Both the position numbers and the translations under genes were made by a program. The notes under the pieces are model-generated. The model was not told the origin of the DNA. It was given only the letters and a program-made list of their open reading frames with translations, and ran no database searches. Below are positions 1 to 8,585 of a stretch of DNA of 26,346 nt, in pieces. The stretch covers positions 1 to 26,346 of the forward strand of contig CAXTKV010000050.1 of assembly GCA_964244895.1 (NCBI GenBank), written 5' to 3'. The stretch is from an uncultured Deinococcales bacterium (GTDB lineage Bacteria; Deinococcota; Deinococci; Deinococcales; JAAFIG01). Numbering within the stretch: position 1 is the first letter of the stretch; every line of letters starts with the position of its first letter.

Positions 1-1200
1 GACCGCGCGCGGGTCTTCGTGGTCGTCTCGGACGCGCTGCGGTTCGAGGTGGCTGTGGCCCTGCGGGAACGGTTGATGCTCGAGCTTCGCGGCGAGGTCA
101 ACCTCGAACCGATCCTGAGCACCCTGCCGAGCGTCACGAAGTTCGGCATGGCCGCCCTGCTGCCCGCACCCGTGGCCTCCAGCATCGAGATCTCGGGCGA
201 TCGCGTGCTGCGCGGCGGAATGCCGACGAACACCTCTGAGGCCCGAGCCGCCGTCCTGAGCGCGTTCTCGGGCGTCAGCGCCGCGACCTTCGCCGCCGAC
301 CGGGTGCTCGCCTGGAACACGCTCGAGGGCCGAGAGCACGTCGCGCCGCACCGCCTGGCGTACATCTACCACAACGAGATCGACACCATCGGCGACAAGG
401 CCGCGAGCGAACGCGACGTGATGGCCGCGTGCGCGCGGGCCGTGGACGAACTCGTCAAGGTTCTCAAGAAGCTCGTCAACAGCCTCAACGCCACGAACGT
501 GATCGTCACCAGCGATCACGGATTCCTCTACCAGCGCCAGGAGCTCGAGGAGGCCGACAAGCTCGAGCAGCCGAAGGCCGACGAAGCCTACGGCGTGCGC
601 GTGCTCGACGCCAGCCAGCGCCACGTGCTGGGCGCGAAGCTCGAGCCTCGAGAAGGCGCGTTGCAGTTCGCGCCGCCCTGGTCGAGCGACCCGAGCCTGA
701 GCGTCCTCGTACCGCGCGGGTCGCTGCGGTTCAAAGCCTCGGGCGGCAAGCAGTACGTCCACGGCGGCGCGAGCCTTCAGGAGGTCTGCGTGCCCGTGCT
801 GACCTACCGCGACCGCGAGGGGCCGAAGGCGCAGGAGGGGGTATCCCGCAAAGTTGGTGTTCAGATCACGGGAACCGCACGGCGGGTCACGAACACGCGC
901 TTCACCATCAACTTGGTACAGACGGAAGCGGTTGCAGGTCGCCTACGGGCGCGATCAGTAATGGTGGTACTGCTCGACGCTAGCGGTAAGCCTATCTCCG
1001 ACGAGCGTCGCGCTGAACTCTCGAACACTTCACCCTATCCAACCGAGCGCAACGTTGCGGTGCGCCTTGCCATAGTTGGCAATCCGAAATCGGGATCGAG
1101 CGCCACCCTAATCGTGCGTGACGTTGAGGATGGCGCGGAACTCGCACGTGAAACGTGGACGATCAACCTCGCCATCACCGATGATTTCGGGGATTTCTAG
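1..1200 (+). CDS. pglZ: BREX-1 system phosphatase/nuclease PglZ (5' partial)
   Basis: Frame is open from base 1 (DRARVFVVVSDALRFE). PglZ motifs SDALRFE, LPSVTKFGMAALLP, YIYHNEID, TSDHGF, YVHGGASLQE. Directly upstream of brxL. Confidence 0.93.
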   Translation, partial: DRARVFVVVSDALRFEVAVALRERLMLELRGEVNLEPILSTLPSVTKFGMAALLPAPVASSIEISGDRVLRGGMPTNTSEARAAVLSAFSGVSAATFAADRVLAWNTLEGREHVAPHRLAYIYHNEIDTIGDKAASERDVMAACARAVDELVKVLKKLVNSLNATNVIVTSDHGFLYQRQELEEADKLEQPKADEAYGVRVLDASQRHVLGAKLEPREGALQFAPPWSSDPSLSVLVPRGSLRFKASGGKQYVHGGASLQEVCVPVLTYRDREGPKAQEGVSRKVGVQITGTARRVTNTRFTINLVQTEAVAGRLRARSVMVVLLDASGKPISDERRAELSNTSPYPTERNVAVRLAIVGNPKSGSSATLIVRDVEDGAELARETWTINLAITDDFGDF

Positions 1201-1214
1201 TCTGGAGCCTGTAA

Positions 1215-3236
1215 ATGACTGCTGACCTCGACCAGAAACTCAATGCTGTATACCCCGGTAAGGTCGTTCGTAAGGACCTGACCACCCGCATCAAAGAGGG
1301 AGCGAACGTGCCTATTTACGTGCTCGAGTATCTGCTCGGCACGTATTGCGCGACCGACGACGAGGCCGTGATAGAGGAAGGTGTGGCCACCGTTAAGCGC
1401 ATCCTTGCGGAGAACTATGTTCGGCCTGACGAGGCTGAAAAGGTCAAGTCGAAGATCCGTGAGCGTGGACGGTACACGGTCATTGACCGCGTGACTGTGC
1501 GCCTCAATGAGCGCGACGATCTTTACGAAGCGGAGTTAATGAGCCTCGGCGTGCGCCGCGTGGTCGTCGACCCGCAGACCGTGCGCGATTTCGAGAAGCT
1601 CCTGGCCGGGGGCATCTGGTGCATCCTGCAACTCGAGTACGCCGCCGGGGCCGACCCGAGCCCGTTCATCCTGACCAGCCTCAAACCGATCCAGATGCCC
1701 TCGGTCGACATGGATGAACTCTTCGCGGGCCGCCCGCAGTTCACGCGCGAGGAGTGGATCGACGTGTTGCTGCGCTCCTGCGGTTTGGAGCCGACCACGC
1801 TCGACGAGGGCGCCAAGTGGCACCTGCTGGCCCGGATGGTCGCGCTCTGCGAGAACAACTTCAACGCGGTCGAACTCGGGCCGCGCTCGACCGGCAAGTC
1901 GCACCTCTACAAGGAGGTCAGCCCGAACTCGATTCTGCTCTCGGGCGGTCAGACGACCGTAGCCAACCTCTTTTACAACATGGCCAGCCGCCAGGTCGGG
2001 CTGGTGGGGCTCTGGGACGTGGTCGCCTTCGACGAGGTGGCGGGCATCAACTTCAAGGACAAGGACGGCGTGCAGATCATGAAGGACTACATGAACTCCG
2101 GGTCCTTCGCGCGCGGCAAGGTCGAGATCACGGGCTCGGCCAGCATGGTCTTCGTCGGCAACATCGACCAGAGCGTCGAGCAGATGGTCAAGACCTCGCA
2201 CCTGTTCGCGCCCTTCCCGGACGCGATGATCGACACGGCCTTTCTGGATCGCGTCCACGCCTACATCCCCGGCTGGGAGATCCCGAAGTTCAGCCCCTCG
2301 AACTTCACCGTGCGGTACGGCTTCATCGTCGATTACCTGGCCGAGTGGTTGCGCGAGATGCGCAAGCGCAGCTTCGCCGACGCGATCGACAAGCACTTCC
2401 GGCTCGGCAACAACCTCAAGCAGCGCGACGTGACCGCCGTGCGCAAGACGACCTCCGGGCTCTTGAAACTGCTCTTCCCGGACGCCAGCTACACCAAGGA
2501 CGACGTGCGAGACGCGCTCGTCTACGCCCTTCGGGTGCGCCGCCGCGTCAAGGAGCAGCTCAAGAAGCTCGGCGGCATGGAGTTCTACGACGTGCATTTC
2601 TCGTACATCGACCTCGAATCGATGGAGGAGCACTTCGTCAGCCTGCCCGAGCAGGGCGGCGGCGGGCTGATCGGCGACGCGCCACTACCTCCCGGCCACG
2701 CCTACGCCATCAGCCGGGGCGACACCGACCTGATCGGCGCGTACAAGCTCGAGTTGCAGGTCATCCAGGGCGGCGGTCGGCTGATCCGCGCCGGGCTCGC
2801 CAACAGCGGCGAGATGCGCGACAGCATCAACGTCGCCCACAACTACTTCAAGGCCAACGCGCACCGGGTCAGCGCCAGCATCCACCCGGAGGGCTCCGAC
2901 GTGCTGCTCAGCCTGGTGGATCTTCAGGGCGCGGGCGCGCCCGACCAAGCGGCGCTGGCGCTGTTCGTAGCCCTGTGTTCGGGGATGTTGGATCGGCCCG
3001 TGCAGGCGCAACTCGCGATCCTCGGCGACATGACGCTCGGCGGGACGATCGCGCCCGTCACCAACCTGGCGAACGGCCTCCAAGTGGCGTTCGACGCCGG
3101 AGCGAAACGCGTGCTGCTGCCGATGTCGAGCGCCATCGACCTGCCGAGCGTCCCGCCGGAACTCTTTTCCAAGTTCCAGACGTCGTTCTACTCCGACCCG
3201 GTCGACGCCGTCTTCAAAGCCATCGGCGCGCTGTGA
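1215..3236 (+). CDS. brxL: BREX system Lon-like AAA+ protein BrxL
   Basis: 673 aa. N-terminal GKVVRKDL..GANVPIYVLEYLLG, Walker A GPRSTGKS, VAFDEVAG, MKDYMNSGSFARG, C-terminal Lon-like domain ending FYSDPVDAVFKA. Confidence 0.95.
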   Translation: MTADLDQKLNAVYPGKVVRKDLTTRIKEGANVPIYVLEYLLGTYCATDDEAVIEEGVATVKRILAENYVRPDEAEKVKSKIRERGRYTVIDRVTVRLNERDDLYEAELMSLGVRRVVVDPQTVRDFEKLLAGGIWCILQLEYAAGADPSPFILTSLKPIQMPSVDMDELFAGRPQFTREEWIDVLLRSCGLEPTTLDEGAKWHLLARMVALCENNFNAVELGPRSTGKSHLYKEVSPNSILLSGGQTTVANLFYNMASRQVGLVGLWDVVAFDEVAGINFKDKDGVQIMKDYMNSGSFARGKVEITGSASMVFVGNIDQSVEQMVKTSHLFAPFPDAMIDTAFLDRVHAYIPGWEIPKFSPSNFTVRYGFIVDYLAEWLREMRKRSFADAIDKHFRLGNNLKQRDVTAVRKTTSGLLKLLFPDASYTKDDVRDALVYALRVRRRVKEQLKKLGGMEFYDVHFSYIDLESMEEHFVSLPEQGGGGLIGDAPLPPGHAYAISRGDTDLIGAYKLELQVIQGGGRLIRAGLANSGEMRDSINVAHNYFKANAHRVSASIHPEGSDVLLSLVDLQGAGAPDQAALALFVALCSGMLDRPVQAQLAILGDMTLGGTIAPVTNLANGLQVAFDAGAKRVLLPMSSAIDLPSVPPELFSKFQTSFYSDPVDAVFKAIGAL

Positions 3237-3244
3237 GCGATGGC

Positions 3245-3838
3245 TCAGTCGAACCAGGCGAGTTCCTCGAGCCGACCCGCCCGAACGAGGAACTCACGCA
3301 GCGGCGTCGGGCAGCGCACGGGAAGAATCTCGAAGTTCTGCGTCTGCGGAATCGCCACGATCACCTGCGCGTCGGTCAGCACCTGGATCATGTTCGTCCG
3401 GGCCTTGCGGAGCGTCCCGTCGGTCCACGACGAGATCGCCGGGCTGTCCTCGAGCTTCGCCGAGAAAAATGCGCTCACGTCCGTCTGGCGCAATGTGTGA
3501 TCGAAGCGGCGCTGCTTGTCGCGCAGCACCTCGAGGGCGAACTCGCGCAGCAGGCGCTGGTGGCGCATGAAGGTGTACAGGTTCGTCACGCGGCGCAGTT
3601 CGGTCACACCCGTCAGGAACCCGAGGATCTCGGGCTCCAGGCTCTCCAGCCGGTTCAGGATCTCGCGGGCGAAAGTCGTCCGGCTCAAGGCCGATCGGTG
3701 CTCGATCAGACCCTCCTCAACGGCTTTGCGACGCACCTCGGAGGGCTTGAACCCATCCAGCAGGGCCTGCGCCAGACTGGCCGTCTCGTTCAGCAAGAAA
3801 GCGTTGTTGGTGTTCGCGGCGTACTCATTTCCGGACAT
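3245..3838 (-). CDS. brxA: BREX protein BrxA (DUF1819-like)
   Basis: 197 aa. N-terminal Y..N.....FLLNET, later RLLREFALEVLRDK, FF.AK.E....I.SWTD.TL.K.....IQVL.DA pattern typical of BrxA. Adjacent to brxL. Confidence 0.82.
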   Translation of the reverse strand: MSGNEYAANTNNAFLLNETASLAQALLDGFKPSEVRRKAVEEGLIEHRSALSRTTFAREILNRLESLEPEILGFLTGVTELRRVTNLYTFMRHQRLLREFALEVLRDKQRRFDHTLRQTDVSAFFSAKLEDSPAISSWTDGTLRKARTNMIQVLTDAQVIVAIPQTQNFEILPVRCPTPLREFLVRAGRLEELAWFD

Positions 3839-3955
3839 GGCCCAAATAGATTACCTTCGAGGTGAAAGAGAAGGATCTGTGAACGGTGTGGAACACGCTC
3901 GAGGTGTTTGTGGCTCTCGCATCGATGGCGCGGTAAAGTCACCCAAGAAGGCTGA

Positions 3956-3987
3956 GAGCGCGAGGTTCGAGACCGAACCTCGCGCTC
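3956..3987. repeat. Perfect 14-bp inverted repeat (hairpin or operator) in the brxA/coiA divergent intergenic region
   Basis: GAGCGCGAGGTTCG-AGAC-CGAACCTCGCGCTC. Confidence 0.8.
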
Positions 3988-4181
3988 GATTCGTTTTGAG
4001 AGGTGTGCGGCCTCTTCGTCGTACTCGAGCCATCGCGGTCTAGAGCACATCATGGGTTGAGTGATGCCGTCCTCAACGGGCAGGCTCGAGCTGGCGTCCC
4101 GTGCAAAGTGTTGGAAATCGCGCGGAACATCCAGGTATGGATGCCGGATTTGCACCGCCACCGTCGTTGTTCCCTGCTTCA

Positions 4182-4823
4182 ATGAATGGCGTGTTCACCG
4201 CCTTACGTCGCTCAAAGGAGAATCCGGAGGAAGCAGAACAGGTCGTGTCCCTCGGCAATCTGCATCGCACCGATGAGCAGCGCCGCAAGCTCCAAGACCC
4301 CACCCACCGCTTTGCCTGCCGATTGTGCGACGGTGACGTAACACCGCACCTCGGTTCGATCAGAGCCTGGCACTTCGCCCACGCGCCCGGTGCTCCGTGC
4401 GCGTGGGACGCCTGGAGCGAACCCGAGAGCGAAAAGCACCGCGCCTTGAAACGCGCCTGCTATCGGGCGATACACCAGCTTTATCCGCACGCGAAAGTTG
4501 AATTCGAGGTCATCGTGCGCGAGGCCGGGCGCATCGCCGACGTGATGGCGACCTTGCCGACCGGGGAGCGGATCGCCGTCGAGTGCCAGCTCGCCGAGAT
4601 CAGCTTGCAGGAACTCGAGACGCGCACACTCGCCTACGAGGCGGTGGAGGTGGAAGTCGTGTGGGTCTTCGAGAAATCGAAAGTTGAGCAGCACGCCGCG
4701 CCCTGGATGGGGTTCTACGAGTGGCTCTATGACCGGGGTAACTTCGTGATGCTGTTCGAGCCTCGCTACCAGAAGATCGAGCAGAACCTCGGGACCTTCG
4801 ATGCCACGCAATCCGACGCTTGA
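4182..4823 (+). CDS. CoiA-family Zn-finger / PD-(D/E)XK nuclease
   Basis: CRLC...HFAH...C zinc-binding N-terminus, ESEKH..LK, VEFE...AGRIADV.......IAVECQLA.IS...L..RT..Y nuclease core. Start taken as ATG 4182 (ORF extends to 4101). Confidence 0.8.
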   Translation: MNGVFTALRRSKENPEEAEQVVSLGNLHRTDEQRRKLQDPTHRFACRLCDGDVTPHLGSIRAWHFAHAPGAPCAWDAWSEPESEKHRALKRACYRAIHQLYPHAKVEFEVIVREAGRIADVMATLPTGERIAVECQLAEISLQELETRTLAYEAVEVEVVWVFEKSKVEQHAAPWMGFYEWLYDRGNFVMLFEPRYQKIEQNLGTFDATQSDA

Positions 4824-5976
4824 GCGCGGTCGGCGCGAGGGCCGACCGTCGCACGCCGCGTTCGATCTCGAAGGCCGGAGCGAGCGGCTCAAAGCCACGG
4901 GCCTGATCCGGATCGGTCGATACTTTGAGGCCGCAACGGTGAGCCTTTTGCGGGCCGAAGTCGAGTCGGTACGCGTGAGCCGCGTGTGGCAGTGGCTGAA
5001 CGGTTTCGACTTCGATCTGGCCCATGCCGATCAAGTCACGTTTTCCGTCGTTGAAACATCGGCGGTGTTCAGTCCTTTTGGTGACCGCGAGATGTACCGC
5101 CCAGAACCCCTGGGTGGCCGACCGTCATCGGCGGTCGCCCGGTGGTTCGTGCGCCGGATTCTCACCAGATCGCTCGTGCCAGGCCGCGCCGTGACGACGG
5201 AACAGTTGCGCTCGCGGCTGAACGCGATGGGCTTGGGTGAGCACTGGGCACGGGTCGGGCCTGAATTGCTCGCCTACGCCAGCGAAGGGTCGTGGGGCGG
5301 GCCGATCTTGGTGCAGCCCTATCACCGGCAGTGGGCGCTCGCGCCGTGGCAGGCTTTAAACGACGCGCGGCACTACGAGCCACTGCGCCTCGCTGAGGGC
5401 AAAGCGCTGTTCAAGGCGTACTACGGTGCCGCCTCGCGGTACTGGGCAAGGCGCGAGGATCGGGTGGGGCGGGTTCGCGCCCTCGAGGAGTTGAACCGGT
5501 TTGAGCCGAGTTTAGGCGTCCGCAAGCGGGTGCTTGGCGTCAGTACTGCGACACCAGCCGTTTCGCACGCACCGACGCAACGCGTGTCCCCGACCGCGAA
5601 AGTCGAAGAGCCAACGCCACCGAAGCGAGTCGCACACGTTTCTCGAGCCAACGAACTCAAGCCCGTGCCCCCGGTGCTCGAGGATGGCATCGTGTACGCG
5701 CTGCGAGTGAGCCTCAAACCCGACCGCTGGGACAGCCTGTGGATTGAGCAAGGCCGACCGGTGCTCCGAGACGGCGATCTGGTTGAGCTTCCACTCTGGA
5801 ACGACGAGCTGTGGTGGCACCGAGCGCTCCGCACGATTCGCATGTACGAGGGGTGGGGGTGTGATCTATCCGACCGATGGTCGCTCGGACCCGTCGGTCA
5901 CGCGTTGGAACAGTGGTCCGCAAAGAGATACGAACGTCAAGGAAGATTTCGAATCGGCAACAACAAAGAAGTTTGA
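4801..5976 (+). CDS. hypothetical protein (391 aa), overlapping the end of the CoiA-like gene
   Basis: Long ORF with protein-like composition and a Pro/Thr-rich linker near aa 250-290. No recognised family; start uncertain. Confidence 0.6.
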   Translation: MPRNPTLERGRREGRPSHAAFDLEGRSERLKATGLIRIGRYFEAATVSLLRAEVESVRVSRVWQWLNGFDFDLAHADQVTFSVVETSAVFSPFGDREMYRPEPLGGRPSSAVARWFVRRILTRSLVPGRAVTTEQLRSRLNAMGLGEHWARVGPELLAYASEGSWGGPILVQPYHRQWALAPWQALNDARHYEPLRLAEGKALFKAYYGAASRYWARREDRVGRVRALEELNRFEPSLGVRKRVLGVSTATPAVSHAPTQRVSPTAKVEEPTPPKRVAHVSRANELKPVPPVLEDGIVYALRVSLKPDRWDSLWIEQGRPVLRDGDLVELPLWNDELWWHRALRTIRMYEGWGCDLSDRWSLGPVGHALEQWSAKRYERQGRFRIGNNKEV

Positions 5977-6126
5977 GCTACGCTATTAGAGCAATTGAAA
6001 AGCGAGTTCGCGAACCTAAAGTGAAAACTGGTCGCGCCGTAGGGACTGACCGATCAAAATCGAGCCATGCTCCGTGCCGACGTTAGAAACGACCCGCCAC
6101 TTTTCAACTCCTGTCTGGCGTGACCC

Positions 6127-8088
6127 CTACACGGATGGCTGTACTCGCGTCCAACTTTGAGGGATGAGGGCATCGTCCTCACGCCACTCCTCGCGGATTG
6201 CGTCCTGGAATCGCGGATCGTCCCGAAGGTTGGCGTGGTCCGAAATTATGACTTGAAACTTCCCGCCCATGCGCTCGACCTCGTCGAAAACGAAGCCGAA
6301 GATGCGCCGCACGGCTTCCCGGTCGTCGTCTTTCAGCGTGGAGATTGCGCCGGTTTCCTTGATCTGTAGGCGCGTCTCCTCCTCCTTCGGGAAGTACACC
6401 TGCGTCGGCTGGTCCAGGAAAAGAAAGTGAGGTACCGGTCGGTCGTTCTCGGCCAGGTACTGATGCAGAGCCAGATGAACGATCAGGTGATACCCGAGCC
6501 AGTTCTGGCCCGAACCGATTTGGGCCAGCTCGATGGACCTCGCGCCCTTGTCCACCACGATTGTGCCTTTCGAGAGGTCAAGGCGGATGTTGCTCCCTTC
6601 CTCCGTGTGTTCGAGGTTCAGGGCGCGCGCCCACTCTGACATCTTCATGCTGATGCGCCCGAGGAGCGCCCCGAGACGCTCCTGCTTCGCGTCGGGATCG
6701 AGCTTTGCCTCAAGCGCTTCGATCCGGCTATGACGTTCCCTCAGGTCTCGTTGCAGCGCGTCGAGGTCGCTCGTGAAGTCGGTGCTCTCGAGCCACAGGC
6801 TAATCCTCCCCACGACCCGGCTTTTGCGGAGGCTTTCGTCACGCAATTGGGTGGCCAAACGCTGCGATTGGATGATGCCCTCGTACCCCGCGCGGATTTC
6901 CGTCATGCGCTTCCTAGTCGCGTCCAGCGCTTTACGCCTCTCGACGATGTAGTTCTGCAACTGGGGGCGATCGCGCTGTGCACCGCGCAAGCTGTCGTTC
7001 AGCCCTATCAGCGCCCCGCGAAGCTGCGCCGCGCTAGGGATCTGATGCTCGAGGGCGCTGTTGCAAACCGGACACCGATCCGTTTCGTAGTCTTCAGGGT
7101 ACAGGCCGATCGTTTGAAGGCGCGACATGTGGTCGGTCGCAGTTTGGGCGTATTCTCCCAAGAAGCTGATGTCCAGCTCCGCCATCTCGATTTCGGTGGC
7201 AGTGTGTTCCTCCAAATCTTTCAGCTCCGCAAACTCCTCGCGGAGTCTGGCGGCGTTGCCCCGGCCCGTGAAGGTGATTTCATTCGGCGTCCACTCGAGG
7301 GTGCGCCCGAGAACCGCCACCGCCGCCTCGAGGTTGTCCAAGGACTCGTTGAAGTCCGGCGGGATCAACCCTTCCTCTCGCGCTTCCGAAATCAACCGGA
7401 GAGCCTTGCTGATTCCCTCCCCACGAAGGTCCATTTCGTCCTTGAACTTTCGATGTTTTGCACGGTACTCGCGCCGCTCGTCTCTAAGCTGCTGCTCGAG
7501 CTGGACGTTGTCGTCCTCGACGATGCCGAGGAAGTAAGGCAGAGTATCCTTGAAGTGCAGGAAATGAAAGTGTTCGTCTTGCCGGTGGAAAAGCTTGCGC
7601 TTCGTCGCGATCTCGTCCTGCTGTTGAAAGCACAGCGTCAGCGCGTGGCGGATGGTGCCGACGACCGGCGAGCGCGTCTGGCCCTCGGGGGGGGCGTGGA
7701 GGTTCGGCGCAATCCCCAGTTTGCCGTTGAGCTGGTCTTGCACGGCGTTCCAGGTCGTGTTGGGCTTGTCGATGCTCTCGGGAATCTCGACCGTCTGGCC
7801 CTCCAGATAGAAGCACGAGCCGTCTTCGGCCCCGTCCCCAGGGTCGCGCCGAGCCACGAACACCTGCGACGCCCGAAACTCGAGCAGTAGGCCGTACCAG
7901 GCGACGTGATCGCGGATCGGACCCACCGCGATTTTGCACGTGCCGCCGAGGCAGTAGTCCACGATATCGATCAAAGACGACTTTCCCGTACCCGACTTGC
8001 CCGTGATGATGTTGACTGCGCCCGTTTTCAGGTTTACATCGCGTCGGAGGCCATTCTTGCCGAAGAGGACAATCGTTTTGATTTGCAC
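6127..8088 (-). CDS. lmuB: Lamassu / ABC-three-component SMC-like ATPase LmuB (DUF3732)
   Basis: Walker A GKSGTGKS, long coiled coils with central CPVC zinc hook, signature GSGQNW, Walker B FLFLDQP, QVIISDH. GTG start overlaps the upstream TAG by 1 nt. Confidence 0.88.
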   Translation of the reverse strand: MQIKTIVLFGKNGLRRDVNLKTGAVNIITGKSGTGKSSLIDIVDYCLGGTCKIAVGPIRDHVAWYGLLLEFRASQVFVARRDPGDGAEDGSCFYLEGQTVEIPESIDKPNTTWNAVQDQLNGKLGIAPNLHAPPEGQTRSPVVGTIRHALTLCFQQQDEIATKRKLFHRQDEHFHFLHFKDTLPYFLGIVEDDNVQLEQQLRDERREYRAKHRKFKDEMDLRGEGISKALRLISEAREEGLIPPDFNESLDNLEAAVAVLGRTLEWTPNEITFTGRGNAARLREEFAELKDLEEHTATEIEMAELDISFLGEYAQTATDHMSRLQTIGLYPEDYETDRCPVCNSALEHQIPSAAQLRGALIGLNDSLRGAQRDRPQLQNYIVERRKALDATRKRMTEIRAGYEGIIQSQRLATQLRDESLRKSRVVGRISLWLESTDFTSDLDALQRDLRERHSRIEALEAKLDPDAKQERLGALLGRISMKMSEWARALNLEHTEEGSNIRLDLSKGTIVVDKGARSIELAQIGSGQNWLGYHLIVHLALHQYLAENDRPVPHFLFLDQPTQVYFPKEEETRLQIKETGAISTLKDDDREAVRRIFGFVFDEVERMGGKFQVIISDHANLRDDPRFQDAIREEWREDDALIPQSWTRVQPSV

Positions 8089-8585
8089 TATGGCCTCACT
8101 CCCAGCATATTGAAGATCGTCACTTCGTCGCCGACGCGTCCGAACCAGCGACCGAGCGTCTTTGCCCTCGCCAGGGACTCGTGATCTGGGATTTCGGTCG
8201 CTGGTTCGCTGAGCTTCCAGCGGCGGGTCCGCACCGTCTGTGCACTTATGGCCCCGGCGTTTAGCGCGAGACGCCGAGTTGAGAGCAGCAGCACGACGGC
8301 CTCGCGCACATAGGGAAGGAGTTGCCGCGCCCGCACGGGCAGGTGCGTCCTGACCCTCGGGTTGTCACGAATCCACGAGTGAAGCTGGTCGTAGGACTTC
8401 GCCTTGACCGTCTCCCGGAGGTCCTCGAAGACGAAGATTGGAGCGGCCACGAAGAGCGCCGCGAAGGGCAACGGCCTACCGCACTCCTCTGTGTAGGCTT
8501 TACAGAAACGGTAGAGGGCCTCGCCGACGAACGCGGGGTTGAACATGTACTGGACCTCGACCGGTCGTTCGGCCCATGCCTTCAA
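8088..8585 (-). CDS. lmuC: Lamassu / ABC-three-component middle component LmuC
   Basis: TTG start overlaps the lmuA stop (TTGA). W.ERP.E...MFNPAF and C-terminal A..LGRWF.......IF.MLGVRP are typical of ABC-3C middle components. Confidence 0.8.
   Translation of the reverse strand: MKAWAERPVEVQYMFNPAFVGEALYRFCKAYTEECGRPLPFAALFVAAPIFVFEDLRETVKAKSYDQLHSWIRDNPRVRTHLPVRARQLLPYVREAVVLLLSTRRLALNAGAISAQTVRTRRWKLSEPATEIPDHESLARAKTLGRWFGRVGDEVTIFNMLGVRP

Noticed and set aside
2690..3236. BrxL C-terminal domain lacks the Lon GPSAG serine motif
   Set aside because: Degeneration of the Lon catalytic site is common in BrxL; neither novel nor evidence of a pseudogene.
1754..3865. 703-aa plus-strand ORF
   Set aside because: Arg/Gly-rich alternative frame over brxL and antisense to brxA; a high-GC shadow ORF.
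4182..4823. Competence locus
   Set aside because: A CoiA-like domain alone does not imply competence; no com or pilus genes are in the window.
6395..6430. LmuB Walker B reads DQP instead of DEP
   Set aside because: As I recall, DQP is usual in DUF3732-type ATPases; not a sign of inactivation.
6730..7890. 386-aa plus-strand ORF
   Set aside because: Antisense shadow of lmuB.
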